A stretch of 64,000 nucleotides of DNA from Alphaproteobacteria bacterium (GTDB lineage: Bacteria > Pseudomonadota > Alphaproteobacteria > CADEGL01). The notes beneath the pieces are model-generated. The model made no database searches. It was not told the DNA's origin and was given only the letters and a program-made list of their open reading frames with translations. This document shows, piece by piece, positions 42,235-51,499 of this stretch (within the stretch, counting starts at the first letter, position 1; each line of letters starts with the position of its first letter). The position numbers were made by a program, and so were the translations under genes. The DNA lies in NCBI GenBank assembly GCA_050180485.1, contig JBFXED010000006.1, positions 42,070-106,069 on the forward strand. Direction: 5' to 3'.

Positions 42235-43410
42235 ATGGCCCGCCGCGACCTGAAAAGCCTCGACATGATCCGCACGCTGATCTCCTACGACACGACCAGC
42301 CGCGACTCGAATTTGGCCCTGATCGATTACATCAAGACCTATCTGTCCAAACTGGGCGTCGAATCCGAACTCGTCTACGACGACGAGAAGCGCAAGGCCA
42401 ATCTCTACGCCACGCTCGGCCCCAAAGACCGCGGCGGCATTTGCCTGTCCGGCCACACCGACGTGGTGCCGATCGACGGCCAGGAATGGTCGACCGATCC
42501 GTTCAAGGTCGAAGAGCGCGGCGGCAAGCTTTACGGGCGTGGCACCTGCGACATGAAAAGCTGGCTGGCGGTGGCCCTGGCCTATGCGCCCGAGTTCCTG
42601 GAGCGCGGCCTCGACATTCCGATCCATCTGGCCTTTTCCTACGACGAAGAGGTCGGCTGCATCGGCGTGCGCCGCCTGATCAGCCAGATCAAGGACCGGC
42701 CCCACCGCCCGACCATGTGCATCGTGGGCGAGCCCACGGGCATGAAGGTCGTGCGCGCCCACAAGGGCAAGCGCAGCTATTACTGCCGCGTGCGCGGCTT
42801 CGAGGCGCACTCGTCCCTCACCCCGCGCGGCGTCAACGCGATCGAATACGCGGCCGAGATCGTCCTGAAGCTGAAGGAGATGGGCAGGCGCCACCGCGAC
42901 GGCGGGCCCTACGACGACGAGTTCGACGTGCCCTACACCACCGTCCATACCGGCGTCATCCACGGCGGCACCCAACTCAACATCGTGCCCAAGGATTGCG
43001 TCTTCGAGTTCGAGTTCCGCCATCTGCCCGGCGACGATCCGCTCGCCATGTACGAAGAGGTCAAATCCTTCGCCGAGAAGGAGCTGGTGCCCCAGATGCA
43101 GGCGGTGGCCGCCGACACGGGCGTCGCCTTCCAATTGCGCAGCGAGTTTCCCGGCCTCGACATGTCCGAGGACGACGAGGCCACCGCGCTCGTCAAGCGC
43201 CTGACCGGCGCCAACTCGACGGCCAAGGTGGCCTTCGGCACCGAGGCCGGCTTGTTCCAGAAGGGTGGCATCCCGACCGTCATCTGCGGGCCGGGCGAGG
43301 TCGATCAGGCGCACAAGCCCGACGAGTTCGTCTCGCTCGACCAGATCGCGCTGTGCGAAGACTTCATGGCGCGCATCATGGACCATGTCTGCCGCCGCCC
43401 AGGAGCCTAG
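42235..43410 (+). CDS. argE: acetylornithine deacetylase ArgE (M20 family)
   Basis: SGHTDVVP, GRGTCDMKS and EEVG metal-binding motifs. Confidence 0.8.
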   Translation: MARRDLKSLDMIRTLISYDTTSRDSNLALIDYIKTYLSKLGVESELVYDDEKRKANLYATLGPKDRGGICLSGHTDVVPIDGQEWSTDPFKVEERGGKLYGRGTCDMKSWLAVALAYAPEFLERGLDIPIHLAFSYDEEVGCIGVRRLISQIKDRPHRPTMCIVGEPTGMKVVRAHKGKRSYYCRVRGFEAHSSLTPRGVNAIEYAAEIVLKLKEMGRRHRDGGPYDDEFDVPYTTVHTGVIHGGTQLNIVPKDCVFEFEFRHLPGDDPLAMYEEVKSFAEKELVPQMQAVAADTGVAFQLRSEFPGLDMSEDDEATALVKRLTGANSTAKVAFGTEAGLFQKGGIPTVICGPGEVDQAHKPDEFVSLDQIALCEDFMARIMDHVCRRPGA

Positions 43411-43420
43411 CACCCACCCC

Positions 43421-44362
43421 ATGAGCCATCGTGTCGAACTGACCCCGCCCGATATCACCCCTTACCGCAAGGGCAACACCGGCATCGAGTACGTCACCAG
43501 CTTCAAGGCCGGGGTGCCCGGACCGCATGTCATGGTCAACGCGCTGATCCATGGCAACGAACTGTGCGGCGCCATCGCGCTCGATTTCCTGTTCAAGCAC
43601 GAGATCAGGCCCAAGCGCGGCACGCTTACGCTGTCGTTCTCGAACGTCGCGGCCTACCAGTCGTTCGACGCCAAGAACCCCACGGCCTCGCGCTTCGTCG
43701 AGGAGGACATGAACCGGGTCTGGTCGCCGGACAAGCTGAACGGCGGCCGCGACAGCATCGAGCTGCGCCGCGCGCGCGAACTTCGGCCCATCGTCGAGGA
43801 GATCGACTATCTGCTCGACATCCATTCCATGCAGCGCCTGTCCGCGCCATTGACGCTCGCCGGCATGACCCAAAAAGGCCGCAAGCTCGGCCGCGCCATC
43901 GGTGTGCCCGAATATGTGGTCAGCGACGAAGGCCACCAGGCCGGCGTGCGCCTGCGCGATTACGGCGCCTTTTCGGACGAGAGCAGCCCGAAGACCGCGG
44001 CCTTGGTCGAATGCGGGCAGCATTGGCTCGCGGGCACCGCGGACGTCGCGGTTGAAACGGCGCTGCGTTTTCTAGCCTGCCTCGACGTCGTCGAGCGCGA
44101 CACGATCGCGCCGCACCTGAAAGCCGCTCCACCGCCCCAGACCTTCATTGAGGTCACCCATGCCGTCACCATCGCGCATGAGCCCTTCGTCTTCACCGGC
44201 GAGTTCCAAGGGTTGGAAGTGATCGACAAGGCGGGCACCACCATCGCTCATGACGGCAGCCAGGAGGTGCGCACGCCCTATGACCGCTGCGTGCTGGTGA
44301 TGCCGTCCCAGCGTTTGAGCAAGGGCCTGACCGCGGTGCGCCTTGGCCGGTTCGTGCAGTAA
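43421..44362 (+). CDS. succinylglutamate desuccinylase/aspartoacylase-family zinc hydrolase
   Basis: HGNELCG zinc motif and DIHS. 313 aa from ATG 43421. AGGAGC sits 13 nt upstream. Confidence 0.7.
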   Translation: MSHRVELTPPDITPYRKGNTGIEYVTSFKAGVPGPHVMVNALIHGNELCGAIALDFLFKHEIRPKRGTLTLSFSNVAAYQSFDAKNPTASRFVEEDMNRVWSPDKLNGGRDSIELRRARELRPIVEEIDYLLDIHSMQRLSAPLTLAGMTQKGRKLGRAIGVPEYVVSDEGHQAGVRLRDYGAFSDESSPKTAALVECGQHWLAGTADVAVETALRFLACLDVVERDTIAPHLKAAPPPQTFIEVTHAVTIAHEPFVFTGEFQGLEVIDKAGTTIAHDGSQEVRTPYDRCVLVMPSQRLSKGLTAVRLGRFVQ

Positions 44363-44365
44363 TCC

Positions 44366-45457
44366 ATGACGGCGGCCACCGGCGAGCCTACCCTCGGAAT
44401 TTACGTTCAGCGGGTTTCTCTCGCGCTCGCCGTCGGTGCCGTCGGCGGCGCCATCTTCAACCAACTGGACATGCCGCTGGCGTGGATGATCGGCGCCATG
44501 GTGGCGACCACATTCGCCGCGCTGAGCGGCGTCAAAGTGGCCATGCCGATTCCGCTGCGCTCGTTCATGGTCGCGGTGCTCGGCGTCATGCTGGGCAGCG
44601 CCTTCACGCCCAATATCCTCGGCCGTGTCGCCGAATGGGGCGTGACCCTGGCCTCTCTCTTTGTCTATTCCATCACCGTCGGCGGCCTCTGCTTCGCGCT
44701 TTTCCTCAAGATCGGCCGCTGCGACCGTGTCACGGCCTATTTCGCGGCCGCGCCCGGCGGACTCACCGAGATGACCGTGGTGGGTCAGGCGATGGGCGGC
44801 GACGACCGCGTGATCTCCCTCGTTCACACGCTGCGCGTGCTTCTGATCGTCCTCACGATCCCATTCTGGTTCCGCGCGCTCGATGGTTACGACGCTGCCA
44901 AGCGGGCCGTGGCCGACGTCTCCATTCTCGCGACACCCTTGTCCGAGCTCGCGCTTCTGACCGTCATCGGCCTTGCGGGCGCGCTCGCGGCACGGCTCAT
45001 CCGCCTGCCCGCGCCATATCTGACCGGCCCGATCTTTTCCAGCGCGGCCGCGCACTTGACCGGTATCAGCGAATTCCGCCCGCCGTACGAACTGGTCGCC
45101 ATCGCGCAGGTGGTGGTCGGCGCCGGCATCGGCTGCCGCTTCGCCGGCCTCCACGTCCGCAAGGTGCTGCACACGCTGGGCCTCGCCGCCTGCGCGACCG
45201 CGATCATGCTGGCCGGTACGGTCGCCTTCAGCCTGCTGCTGCATGGCGCGGTCGACATTCCCGTTCCCGCTCTCGTCCTGGCGTTCGCGCCGGGCGGCCT
45301 GGCCGAGATGAGCCTGGTCGCCCTGGCACTCGGCGCCGACGCGGCCTTCGTTTCGACGCACCACATCATGCGCATCGTCTTCGTGGTCGTGATCGCTCCC
45401 TGGGTCTTCCAGACGATGGAACGCCGCCGCGCGGCGCGCGGGAGCGCGGTGTCGTGA
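44366..45457 (+). CDS. AbrB-family membrane protein (duplicated AbrB/putative permease domain)
   Basis: 363 aa with about 10 TM. Internally duplicated, with a GGLAEM/GGLTEM motif in each half. Confidence 0.65.
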   Translation: MTAATGEPTLGIYVQRVSLALAVGAVGGAIFNQLDMPLAWMIGAMVATTFAALSGVKVAMPIPLRSFMVAVLGVMLGSAFTPNILGRVAEWGVTLASLFVYSITVGGLCFALFLKIGRCDRVTAYFAAAPGGLTEMTVVGQAMGGDDRVISLVHTLRVLLIVLTIPFWFRALDGYDAAKRAVADVSILATPLSELALLTVIGLAGALAARLIRLPAPYLTGPIFSSAAAHLTGISEFRPPYELVAIAQVVVGAGIGCRFAGLHVRKVLHTLGLAACATAIMLAGTVAFSLLLHGAVDIPVPALVLAFAPGGLAEMSLVALALGADAAFVSTHHIMRIVFVVVIAPWVFQTMERRRAARGSAVS

Positions 45458-45555
45458 AAGATAAATCGCGAAGCGGAAGAAAGCGCCTCATGCTGAGCCC
45501 GTCGAAGCATGAGGTCCGCGGACCCCATGGAAGTTCACCCTTCGACAAGCTCAGC

Positions 45556-47799
45556 GTGAGGATTCTTTTTAAAGGTTTTTTCACTGCCTTTTTTTTGACT
45601 GTGTCGATGGCGCTTGCCGCGCCCACCGCCGCCGGTTACGACGACGGCCAGGCTGCGTTCGAGCGCGGCGACTTCGCCACCGCGCGGCGTGAGTGGGAAC
45701 CCTTGGCCAAGGCCGGCGACGCGCGCGCCCTCTACAGCCTGGGCATGCTGGAGTTCAAGGGGTTGGACGGTCCGCGCAACTATGCGCGCGCGGCCGACCT
45801 GTTCCAAATTTCGGCGGGCAACGGCAACGTGCGCGCGCAGCTCATGTTGGGTCTGCTCTATGCCGAGGGCCAGGGCGTGCCGAAAGACGCCGTGCGCGGC
45901 GCGCGCCTGGTGACACAAGCCGCCAACAAGGGCGACGCCGACGCACTCTACGCCCTCGCCGTGTTCTACGACGAAGGCCGCGGCGTGACGCAGGATCCCG
46001 CGCGCGCGGCCGAGTTGTTCCGCCAATCGGCGGAATTGGGCAACGCCGCGGCGCAGTTCGGCCTGGGCGCCCTCTACGTCTATGGCCGCGGCGTGCCGCA
46101 GGATTATGCGGCGGCGGCCAAGTTGTTCCAGTCGGCCGCCGACTCCGGCCAGTCCGAGGCGCAGGTTAGCCTGGCGCGGCTCTATTTGGCCGGACTTGGC
46201 GTGAAGCGCGATCCGGTACGCGCGGCGCAACTTCTCGAACGCGCGGCGGCGCAGGGCGACGCCGAGGCCGCCGAGGATCTGGCCAAGCTCCTGCTCGCAG
46301 GCGACGGCGTGCAGCGCGATCCCGATCGCGCTGCACTTCTTCTGGCCCAGGCCGCGGAGGGCGGCCGCGCCTCGGCAGTGACCAAGCTGGAAGAAATGGG
46401 CATCAAGGACGCGGGCCCACCCAAACCGCAGCCGCAACCCTCGGCGCCGCCCTTGGCCCAGCCGCCGTCGCAAAAGCTGCCGCCGCCGCAGGCGCAAGCG
46501 GCACCCCCAGCGCCGCCGGCTGATAGAACTTCGCCGCAGGCCGAGAAAGCATCATCGCCTGCCGACAAAACTTCGCCGCAAGCCGAGAAGGCCGCGGCAA
46601 CCGCCGACAAGTCCACGGCGCCCGAGACACGCGCCGATGTGGCCGAGCCGGTACGTTCGTCCGCGCCGCCGATTCCCGTGCCCATCCCCGCGCCCGCGTC
46701 CAAACCCCCAGCGGCGCAGGCCGCGCAGGCTCCCGCACCGGGCAAGGCGCCGACGGAGCTGAATCCCGCCAAGGCCAAGGCCGCCGATGCCGCCGCCCTG
46801 GCCGCGCTGCGGAAAGAAGCCGAAGGCGGCAACGCCGAGGCGCAGTTCAACCTGGGTGTCGCCTATCTGGAAGGCGCGGGCGTACCGGCCAGCCCGGAGA
46901 CGGCCATGTCATGGTTCCGCAAGGCCGCCGAAAAGGATCTGGCTAAAGCCCAACTTTCGCTCGCGGGCGGCTATCTGGAAGGACGCGGCGTTCCCAAGGA
47001 CCACAAGCAGGCCGCCATCTGGCTGCGCAAGGCCGCCGACCAGGGCTATGCACCCGCGCAATACAATCTGGCGCAGATGTACCGGCGCGGCGACGGCGTG
47101 TCCGCCGATCCCGCCGCCGCCGCACGCTGGTACGAGGAAGCCGCGAAGCAAGGCAACGTGCCGGCGCAATATAGCCTGGGCCTGATGCGCTATCAGGGCC
47201 AGGGCGTCGAAAAGAATTTACCCGAGGCCATGCGCTGGTTCCGCGCGGCGGCCGATTCCGGCGACGCCCAGGCCGCCTTCAACCTGGGCGTGATCTACGC
47301 CAAGGGTGAGAACGTCAAACCCAACCTGCTGGACGCCTATGTCATGTTCGACCGCGCGGCGCGCCGCGGTTTCACGCCCGCGATCAAAGCCCGCGACGGG
47401 CTCTTGGAGACGCTGAACGAGGACGAGATCAACGTCGTCAAAGCCTATGCCGACCTCTTCGCCCACGCCGAACAGGGCGATCCCAAGGCGCAGCTCGAAC
47501 TGGCCAACGCCTACGAGCCGAACGGCGCCTTCAACTTCGACTACACGCAGGCTGCGGCATGGTATCAGCGCTCGGCCTCGCGCGGCGAGCCCATGGCGAT
47601 GTTCAAGCTGGGCGAGTTGTATGCGAAGGGCGACGGAGTCATACGCGACGACCGCGAGGCCTATTTCTGGCTCACCCTCGCCGCGGAGCGGAAGGTGCCC
47701 AAGGCTGCCGAGGCGCGCGAGAAGATCGGCGAGCGGCTCACCATGGCCCAACGCAACGAGGCCGACGCCCGCGCCAAGAAATGGAAGCCCGAGATTTAG
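45556..47799 (+). CDS. secreted Sel1-repeat (TPR-like) protein with central Pro/Ala-rich linker
   Basis: GTG 45556 gives the signal peptide MRILFKGFFTAFFLTVSMALAAP. The alternative start is ATG 45490. At least 12 Sel1 repeats (A..YxLGxxYxxGxGVxxDxxxAxxWFxxAA) flank a PQPQP/APPAPP linker that contains an imperfect tandem repeat (TSPQAEKA x2). Confidence 0.7.
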   Translation: MRILFKGFFTAFFLTVSMALAAPTAAGYDDGQAAFERGDFATARREWEPLAKAGDARALYSLGMLEFKGLDGPRNYARAADLFQISAGNGNVRAQLMLGLLYAEGQGVPKDAVRGARLVTQAANKGDADALYALAVFYDEGRGVTQDPARAAELFRQSAELGNAAAQFGLGALYVYGRGVPQDYAAAAKLFQSAADSGQSEAQVSLARLYLAGLGVKRDPVRAAQLLERAAAQGDAEAAEDLAKLLLAGDGVQRDPDRAALLLAQAAEGGRASAVTKLEEMGIKDAGPPKPQPQPSAPPLAQPPSQKLPPPQAQAAPPAPPADRTSPQAEKASSPADKTSPQAEKAAATADKSTAPETRADVAEPVRSSAPPIPVPIPAPASKPPAAQAAQAPAPGKAPTELNPAKAKAADAAALAALRKEAEGGNAEAQFNLGVAYLEGAGVPASPETAMSWFRKAAEKDLAKAQLSLAGGYLEGRGVPKDHKQAAIWLRKAADQGYAPAQYNLAQMYRRGDGVSADPAAAARWYEEAAKQGNVPAQYSLGLMRYQGQGVEKNLPEAMRWFRAAADSGDAQAAFNLGVIYAKGENVKPNLLDAYVMFDRAARRGFTPAIKARDGLLETLNEDEINVVKAYADLFAHAEQGDPKAQLELANAYEPNGAFNFDYTQAAAWYQRSASRGEPMAMFKLGELYAKGDGVIRDDREAYFWLTLAAERKVPKAAEAREKIGERLTMAQRNEADARAKKWKPEI

Positions 47800-47816
47800 A
47801 GGCGTCTTTACTCCTC

Positions 47817-47921
47817 GTCACCCCGGCCTCCGAGCCGGGGTCCAGTCGCGCGGCAGCGCGCGGAAAGTCTTTTGTCGGCCTGACAGCCTCCACTAGACCC
47901 CGGCTCGGAGGCCGGGGTGAC
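47817..47921. repeat. nested palindromic element (MITE/REP-like), 26-bp perfect inverted arms
   Basis: Arm 1 is 47817-47842 (GTCACCCCGGCCTCCGAGCCGGGGTC). Arm 2 is 47896-47921, its exact reverse complement. Each arm is itself a hairpin (CCCCGGC..GCCGGGG). The 53-nt spacer contains another palindrome (GCGCGGCAGCGCGC). It is intergenic between the Sel1 gene and the acyl-CoA synthetase. Confidence 0.55.
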
Positions 47922-47994
47922 GGGCCTTGTTGATTTTCGCGCGCAGCGCCGCGTCTGATTTGCCCGCGTCGTACCCCGCCATTATCCTCGCGCC

Positions 47995-49626
47995 ATGAGC
48001 GCGGGGAATCCGTTCGAGCAAGGCCTGGACCGTGTCGCGGCCAATCATGTGCCGCTGACACCTTTGACCCAATTGGAGCGCGTGGCCTCGACCTGGCCGG
48101 ACAAGATCGCGGTCATCCACGGCGCGGGCCGCACCAGCTACGGCGAGTTCTATGCGCGCTGCCGGCGGCTGGCCTCGGCGCTCACGCGGCGCGGCATCGG
48201 CCCGGGCGACACGGTCTCGATCATGGCGCCCAACACGCCGCCGTTGCTCGAAGCGCATTTCGGCATTCCCATGACGGGCGCGGTGCTGAACGCGCTCAAC
48301 ACCCGCCTTGACGCGGCCACCATCGCCTTCACGCTCGGCCATGCCGACAGCAAGCTTCTCATCACCGACCGAAGCTACAGCGCCGTGATCAAACCGGCGC
48401 TGGCGCAGCTGGGCCGAAGCATACCGGTCATCGACATCGACGATCCGTTGGACCCATCCGGCGAGTTGCTCGGCGAAAAGGCTTACGAAGCGTTCCTGCG
48501 CGAGGGCGATCCCAACCATACCTGGCGTATGCCCGGCGACGAATGGAACGCCATCGCGCTCAACTACACCTCGGGCACGACCGGCAATCCCAAGGGCGTG
48601 GTGTTTCACCATCGCGGTGCTTCACTCAACGCCATGGGGCAGATCTTGGCCTTCGGCCTGCGTCTCGACACGGTCTATCTCTGGACCCTGCCGATGTTCC
48701 ACTGCAACGGCTGGTGCTACACCTGGGCCGTCACGGTCGCGGGCGGCACCCATGTTTGCCTGCGCAAGGTGGAGCCCAAGCGCATCTTCGAACTGATCGT
48801 CGAGCACGGCGTCACCCATCTGTGCGGCGCGCCCATTGTGTTGAACATGCTGGTCCACGCGCCGGAGGCCGATCGCAAAGCGTTGCCCCGGCCCGTGCAG
48901 GTAGCGACCGGCGGCGCGGCGCCGCCCAGCGCCGTGATCGAATCGATGGAGCGCATGGGCTTCCGCGTCCACCATCTTTACGGCCTGACCGAAACTTACG
49001 GCCCCGCCACGCTCTGCGCCTGGCAGGACGACTGGAACGACCTGCCCATGAAGGGCAAGGCGGAGAAGATGGCGCGCCAGGGCATCGCCTATCCCACGCT
49101 CGACCGTGTGATGGTGGCCGACCCGGAGACCCTGGCACCGCAACCGTCCGACGGCGCGCATCTGGGCGAGCTGATGGTCCGCAGCAACACGGTGATGAAG
49201 GGCTACCTGAAAAATCCCAAAGCCACGGCGGAAGCCTTCAAAGGCGGCTGGTTCCACACGGGTGACCTGGCCGTGCGGCACCCCGACGGCTATGTCGAGG
49301 TGAAGGACCGTTCCAAGGACATCATCATCTCCGGCGGCGAGAACATCTCGAGCCTGGAGGTCGAGGAAGCGCTTTACCGCCATCCCGAGATCATGGAGGC
49401 CGCCGTGGTGGCGCGCCCCGATCCGAAATGGGGCGAAAGCCCCTGCGCGTTCGTGACCCTCAAGCCCGGCGCGCGCCCGGTGACGGCGGAGCAGATCATC
49501 GCCTATTGCCGCGAGAACATGGCGGCCTACAAGATTCCGCGCACCATCGTGTTCGGCCCCTTGCCCAAGACCTCCACGGGCAAGATCCAGAAATACGTGC
49601 TGCGCGACCAAGCCTCGAAACTCTGA
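47995..49626 (+). CDS. AMP-dependent acyl-CoA synthetase/ligase
   Basis: 543 aa. AMP-binding motif YTSGTTGNPKGV, YGLTET, and C-terminal PKTSTGKIQK. Confidence 0.85.
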   Translation: MSAGNPFEQGLDRVAANHVPLTPLTQLERVASTWPDKIAVIHGAGRTSYGEFYARCRRLASALTRRGIGPGDTVSIMAPNTPPLLEAHFGIPMTGAVLNALNTRLDAATIAFTLGHADSKLLITDRSYSAVIKPALAQLGRSIPVIDIDDPLDPSGELLGEKAYEAFLREGDPNHTWRMPGDEWNAIALNYTSGTTGNPKGVVFHHRGASLNAMGQILAFGLRLDTVYLWTLPMFHCNGWCYTWAVTVAGGTHVCLRKVEPKRIFELIVEHGVTHLCGAPIVLNMLVHAPEADRKALPRPVQVATGGAAPPSAVIESMERMGFRVHHLYGLTETYGPATLCAWQDDWNDLPMKGKAEKMARQGIAYPTLDRVMVADPETLAPQPSDGAHLGELMVRSNTVMKGYLKNPKATAEAFKGGWFHTGDLAVRHPDGYVEVKDRSKDIIISGGENISSLEVEEALYRHPEIMEAAVVARPDPKWGESPCAFVTLKPGARPVTAEQIIAYCRENMAAYKIPRTIVFGPLPKTSTGKIQKYVLRDQASKL

Positions 49627-49648
49627 TCCGCCGGAAAGGAAACCACCC

Positions 49649-50407
49649 ATGCGCCTCGCGGGAAAAGTCGCCGTCGTCACCGGAGCCGGCTCGGGCTTCG
49701 GCGAAGCCATCGCCCATCGCTACGCCGAGGAAGGCGCCAAGGTGATCGTCAACGACCTGAACGGCGACGCGGCCAAGCGCGTGGCCGGCGGCATCGCGCA
49801 GCAGGGCGGCCAGGCCACGGCCAACAAGGGCGACGTCACGTCATCCAAGGACGTGAAGGCGATGATCCAGGCGGCGCTCGACACTTACGGCCAACTCGAC
49901 ATCGTGGTGAACAACGCCGGCTACACCCACCGCAACCAGCCCATGCTGGACGTGGATGAGGAAACCTTCGATCGCGTCTATGCCGTGAACGTGAAGGGCA
50001 TCTATCTCGCCGCCGTTCACGCCGTGCCGGTGTTCAGGAAGCAGGGCCGCGGCGGCTGCATCATCACGACGGCATCCACCGCAGGGCTGCGCCCGCGTCC
50101 CGGCCTCACCTGGTACAACGGCAGCAAAGGCGCCGCGATCACGCTGACCAAATCCATGGCCGCGGAACTGGGCCCGGAAAAGATCCGCGTCAACTGCATC
50201 TGCCCCGTCGCGGGCGACACGCCGCTCCTCCCCATGTTCCTCGGCGAGGACACGCCCGAGCGCCGCGCGAAATTCATCGCCACCGTGCCCATGGGCCGCC
50301 TGTCAAAGCCGATGGACATCGCGAACGCGTGCCTCTACCTCGCGTCCGACGAGGCCGAGTTCATCACGGGCGTGGCGCTGGAGGTGGATGGGGGGCGGTG
50401 TATTTAG
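49649..50407 (+). CDS. SDR-family oxidoreductase
   Basis: TGAGSGFGEA, NNAG, YxxSK (YNGSKGA). 252 aa. Confidence 0.8.
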   Translation: MRLAGKVAVVTGAGSGFGEAIAHRYAEEGAKVIVNDLNGDAAKRVAGGIAQQGGQATANKGDVTSSKDVKAMIQAALDTYGQLDIVVNNAGYTHRNQPMLDVDEETFDRVYAVNVKGIYLAAVHAVPVFRKQGRGGCIITTASTAGLRPRPGLTWYNGSKGAAITLTKSMAAELGPEKIRVNCICPVAGDTPLLPMFLGEDTPERRAKFIATVPMGRLSKPMDIANACLYLASDEAEFITGVALEVDGGRCI

Positions 50408-50438
50408 AAAAACTCATAATTTTTTGGAGTGATTTTAA

Positions 50439-51323
50439 GTGAGAAAGAAAAATCCTCGGTACTTAAGATTCGGTGTTGTCGCGTTTATTGACCTACTCGG
50501 TTTTTCCTCACGTGCAGAAGCTTTGGGCACGGAAGACGATATCAAGAACCTTGAACGAGACATCAAGCGAATTCAGGCATGGTTTGATCACAAACCGTCA
50601 GATGATCTCACCAAACAAGTTCAGAAAATAACGGCAAAGTCGGTAATCGCATTTTCGGACTGTATCATTCTCTCTGTGCCATTCGAATCAGACCTTGCTC
50701 GATCTGGAGGTCATTTCGACGTAGTGATGAGCGAGCTTACAAACGTCGCGTACGCGCAAGGGCGTTGTGCAGTAAATGGAATCTTTCTTCGGGGCGGAAT
50801 TGATTATGGAATTTGGTATCGGCGTGGGGATGTTTTAATTAGCCCAGCGATGATCAAGGCTTACCATTTAGAACGAGAGGCGTGCGTTCCAATGATCGCC
50901 CTAACAGATAGCTTGCTTACATATCTGTCGGAACATCGACATCGCAAATTCTATCACAAATCTATTGATCCGATTGAGAGCACTTTTCGGAAGTTCGAAA
51001 ACTTGCCAAACGATAGCACTCAGCATTTTGTTGATTATATACCGATTTGTTTGGAGTCACTTGAAGGCTCTATTCCAAAAGAGGCCCAGGAAATCTATGC
51101 GACTTCCTCTTCGGAAGAAAAAGATCGTATGAGAAATGAGGCGTATGAGTGTGCTTGCAATGTATGGATTAGCCAACATCGCAAAGAAATCATAAAGGCG
51201 CACGAGCGAGCAACGGTCGAGTCAGTTCGAGCTAAATATGTATGGCTCGCGCGCTATCACGATGACGCTGTTTCACGCTTCTTTAAGAGACCGACGCGAG
51301 ACATGTTAATTGGCGAACTTTAG
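50439..51323 (+). CDS. horizontally acquired hypothetical protein with class-III nucleotidyl-cyclase-like N-terminal motifs (294 aa)
   Basis: GTG 50439 with GGAG 9 nt upstream. GC is about 42% against about 67% in both flanks, and the flanks are AT-rich. Motifs: VVAFIDLLGFSS (cf. F-x-D-I-x-GFT), AFSDCII, and RGGIDYGIWYRRGDVLISPAMIKAYHLERE (cf. RIGIHxGxVxxGxxG...GDTVNxASRxE). The C-terminal half is unrecognised. Confidence 0.6.
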   Translation: MRKKNPRYLRFGVVAFIDLLGFSSRAEALGTEDDIKNLERDIKRIQAWFDHKPSDDLTKQVQKITAKSVIAFSDCIILSVPFESDLARSGGHFDVVMSELTNVAYAQGRCAVNGIFLRGGIDYGIWYRRGDVLISPAMIKAYHLEREACVPMIALTDSLLTYLSEHRHRKFYHKSIDPIESTFRKFENLPNDSTQHFVDYIPICLESLEGSIPKEAQEIYATSSSEEKDRMRNEAYECACNVWISQHRKEIIKAHERATVESVRAKYVWLARYHDDAVSRFFKRPTRDMLIGEL

Positions 51324-51499
51324 TATCGGCATTTTGTTTAACTTCTCTCAGAAGTCGCTCGAATTGTTTCCAGCTTCTAAGTCAAATTTTTGTGGTTTGG
51401 TCCCCGTTGGCCCCGCCCCCACCCCCCTGCTAGGCTTCCATCCAGGCACGTATCTTGCAATTTTGGCCTGGATAACCGTCTTTCCGAGAGAGCCCAACA

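Noticed and set aside
46430-46760. Repetitive Pro/Ala/Gln-rich nucleotide tract considered as a possible CRISPR-like or VNTR array
   Set aside because: It is in frame within the Sel1 protein gene and encodes a flexible linker. It has no repeat-spacer periodicity.
46182-46850. 222-aa minus-strand ORF opposite the Sel1 linker region
   Set aside because: Antisense to the Pro/Ala-rich coding repeat. Its Ala/Gly/Ser-rich translation mirrors the sense-strand low complexity.
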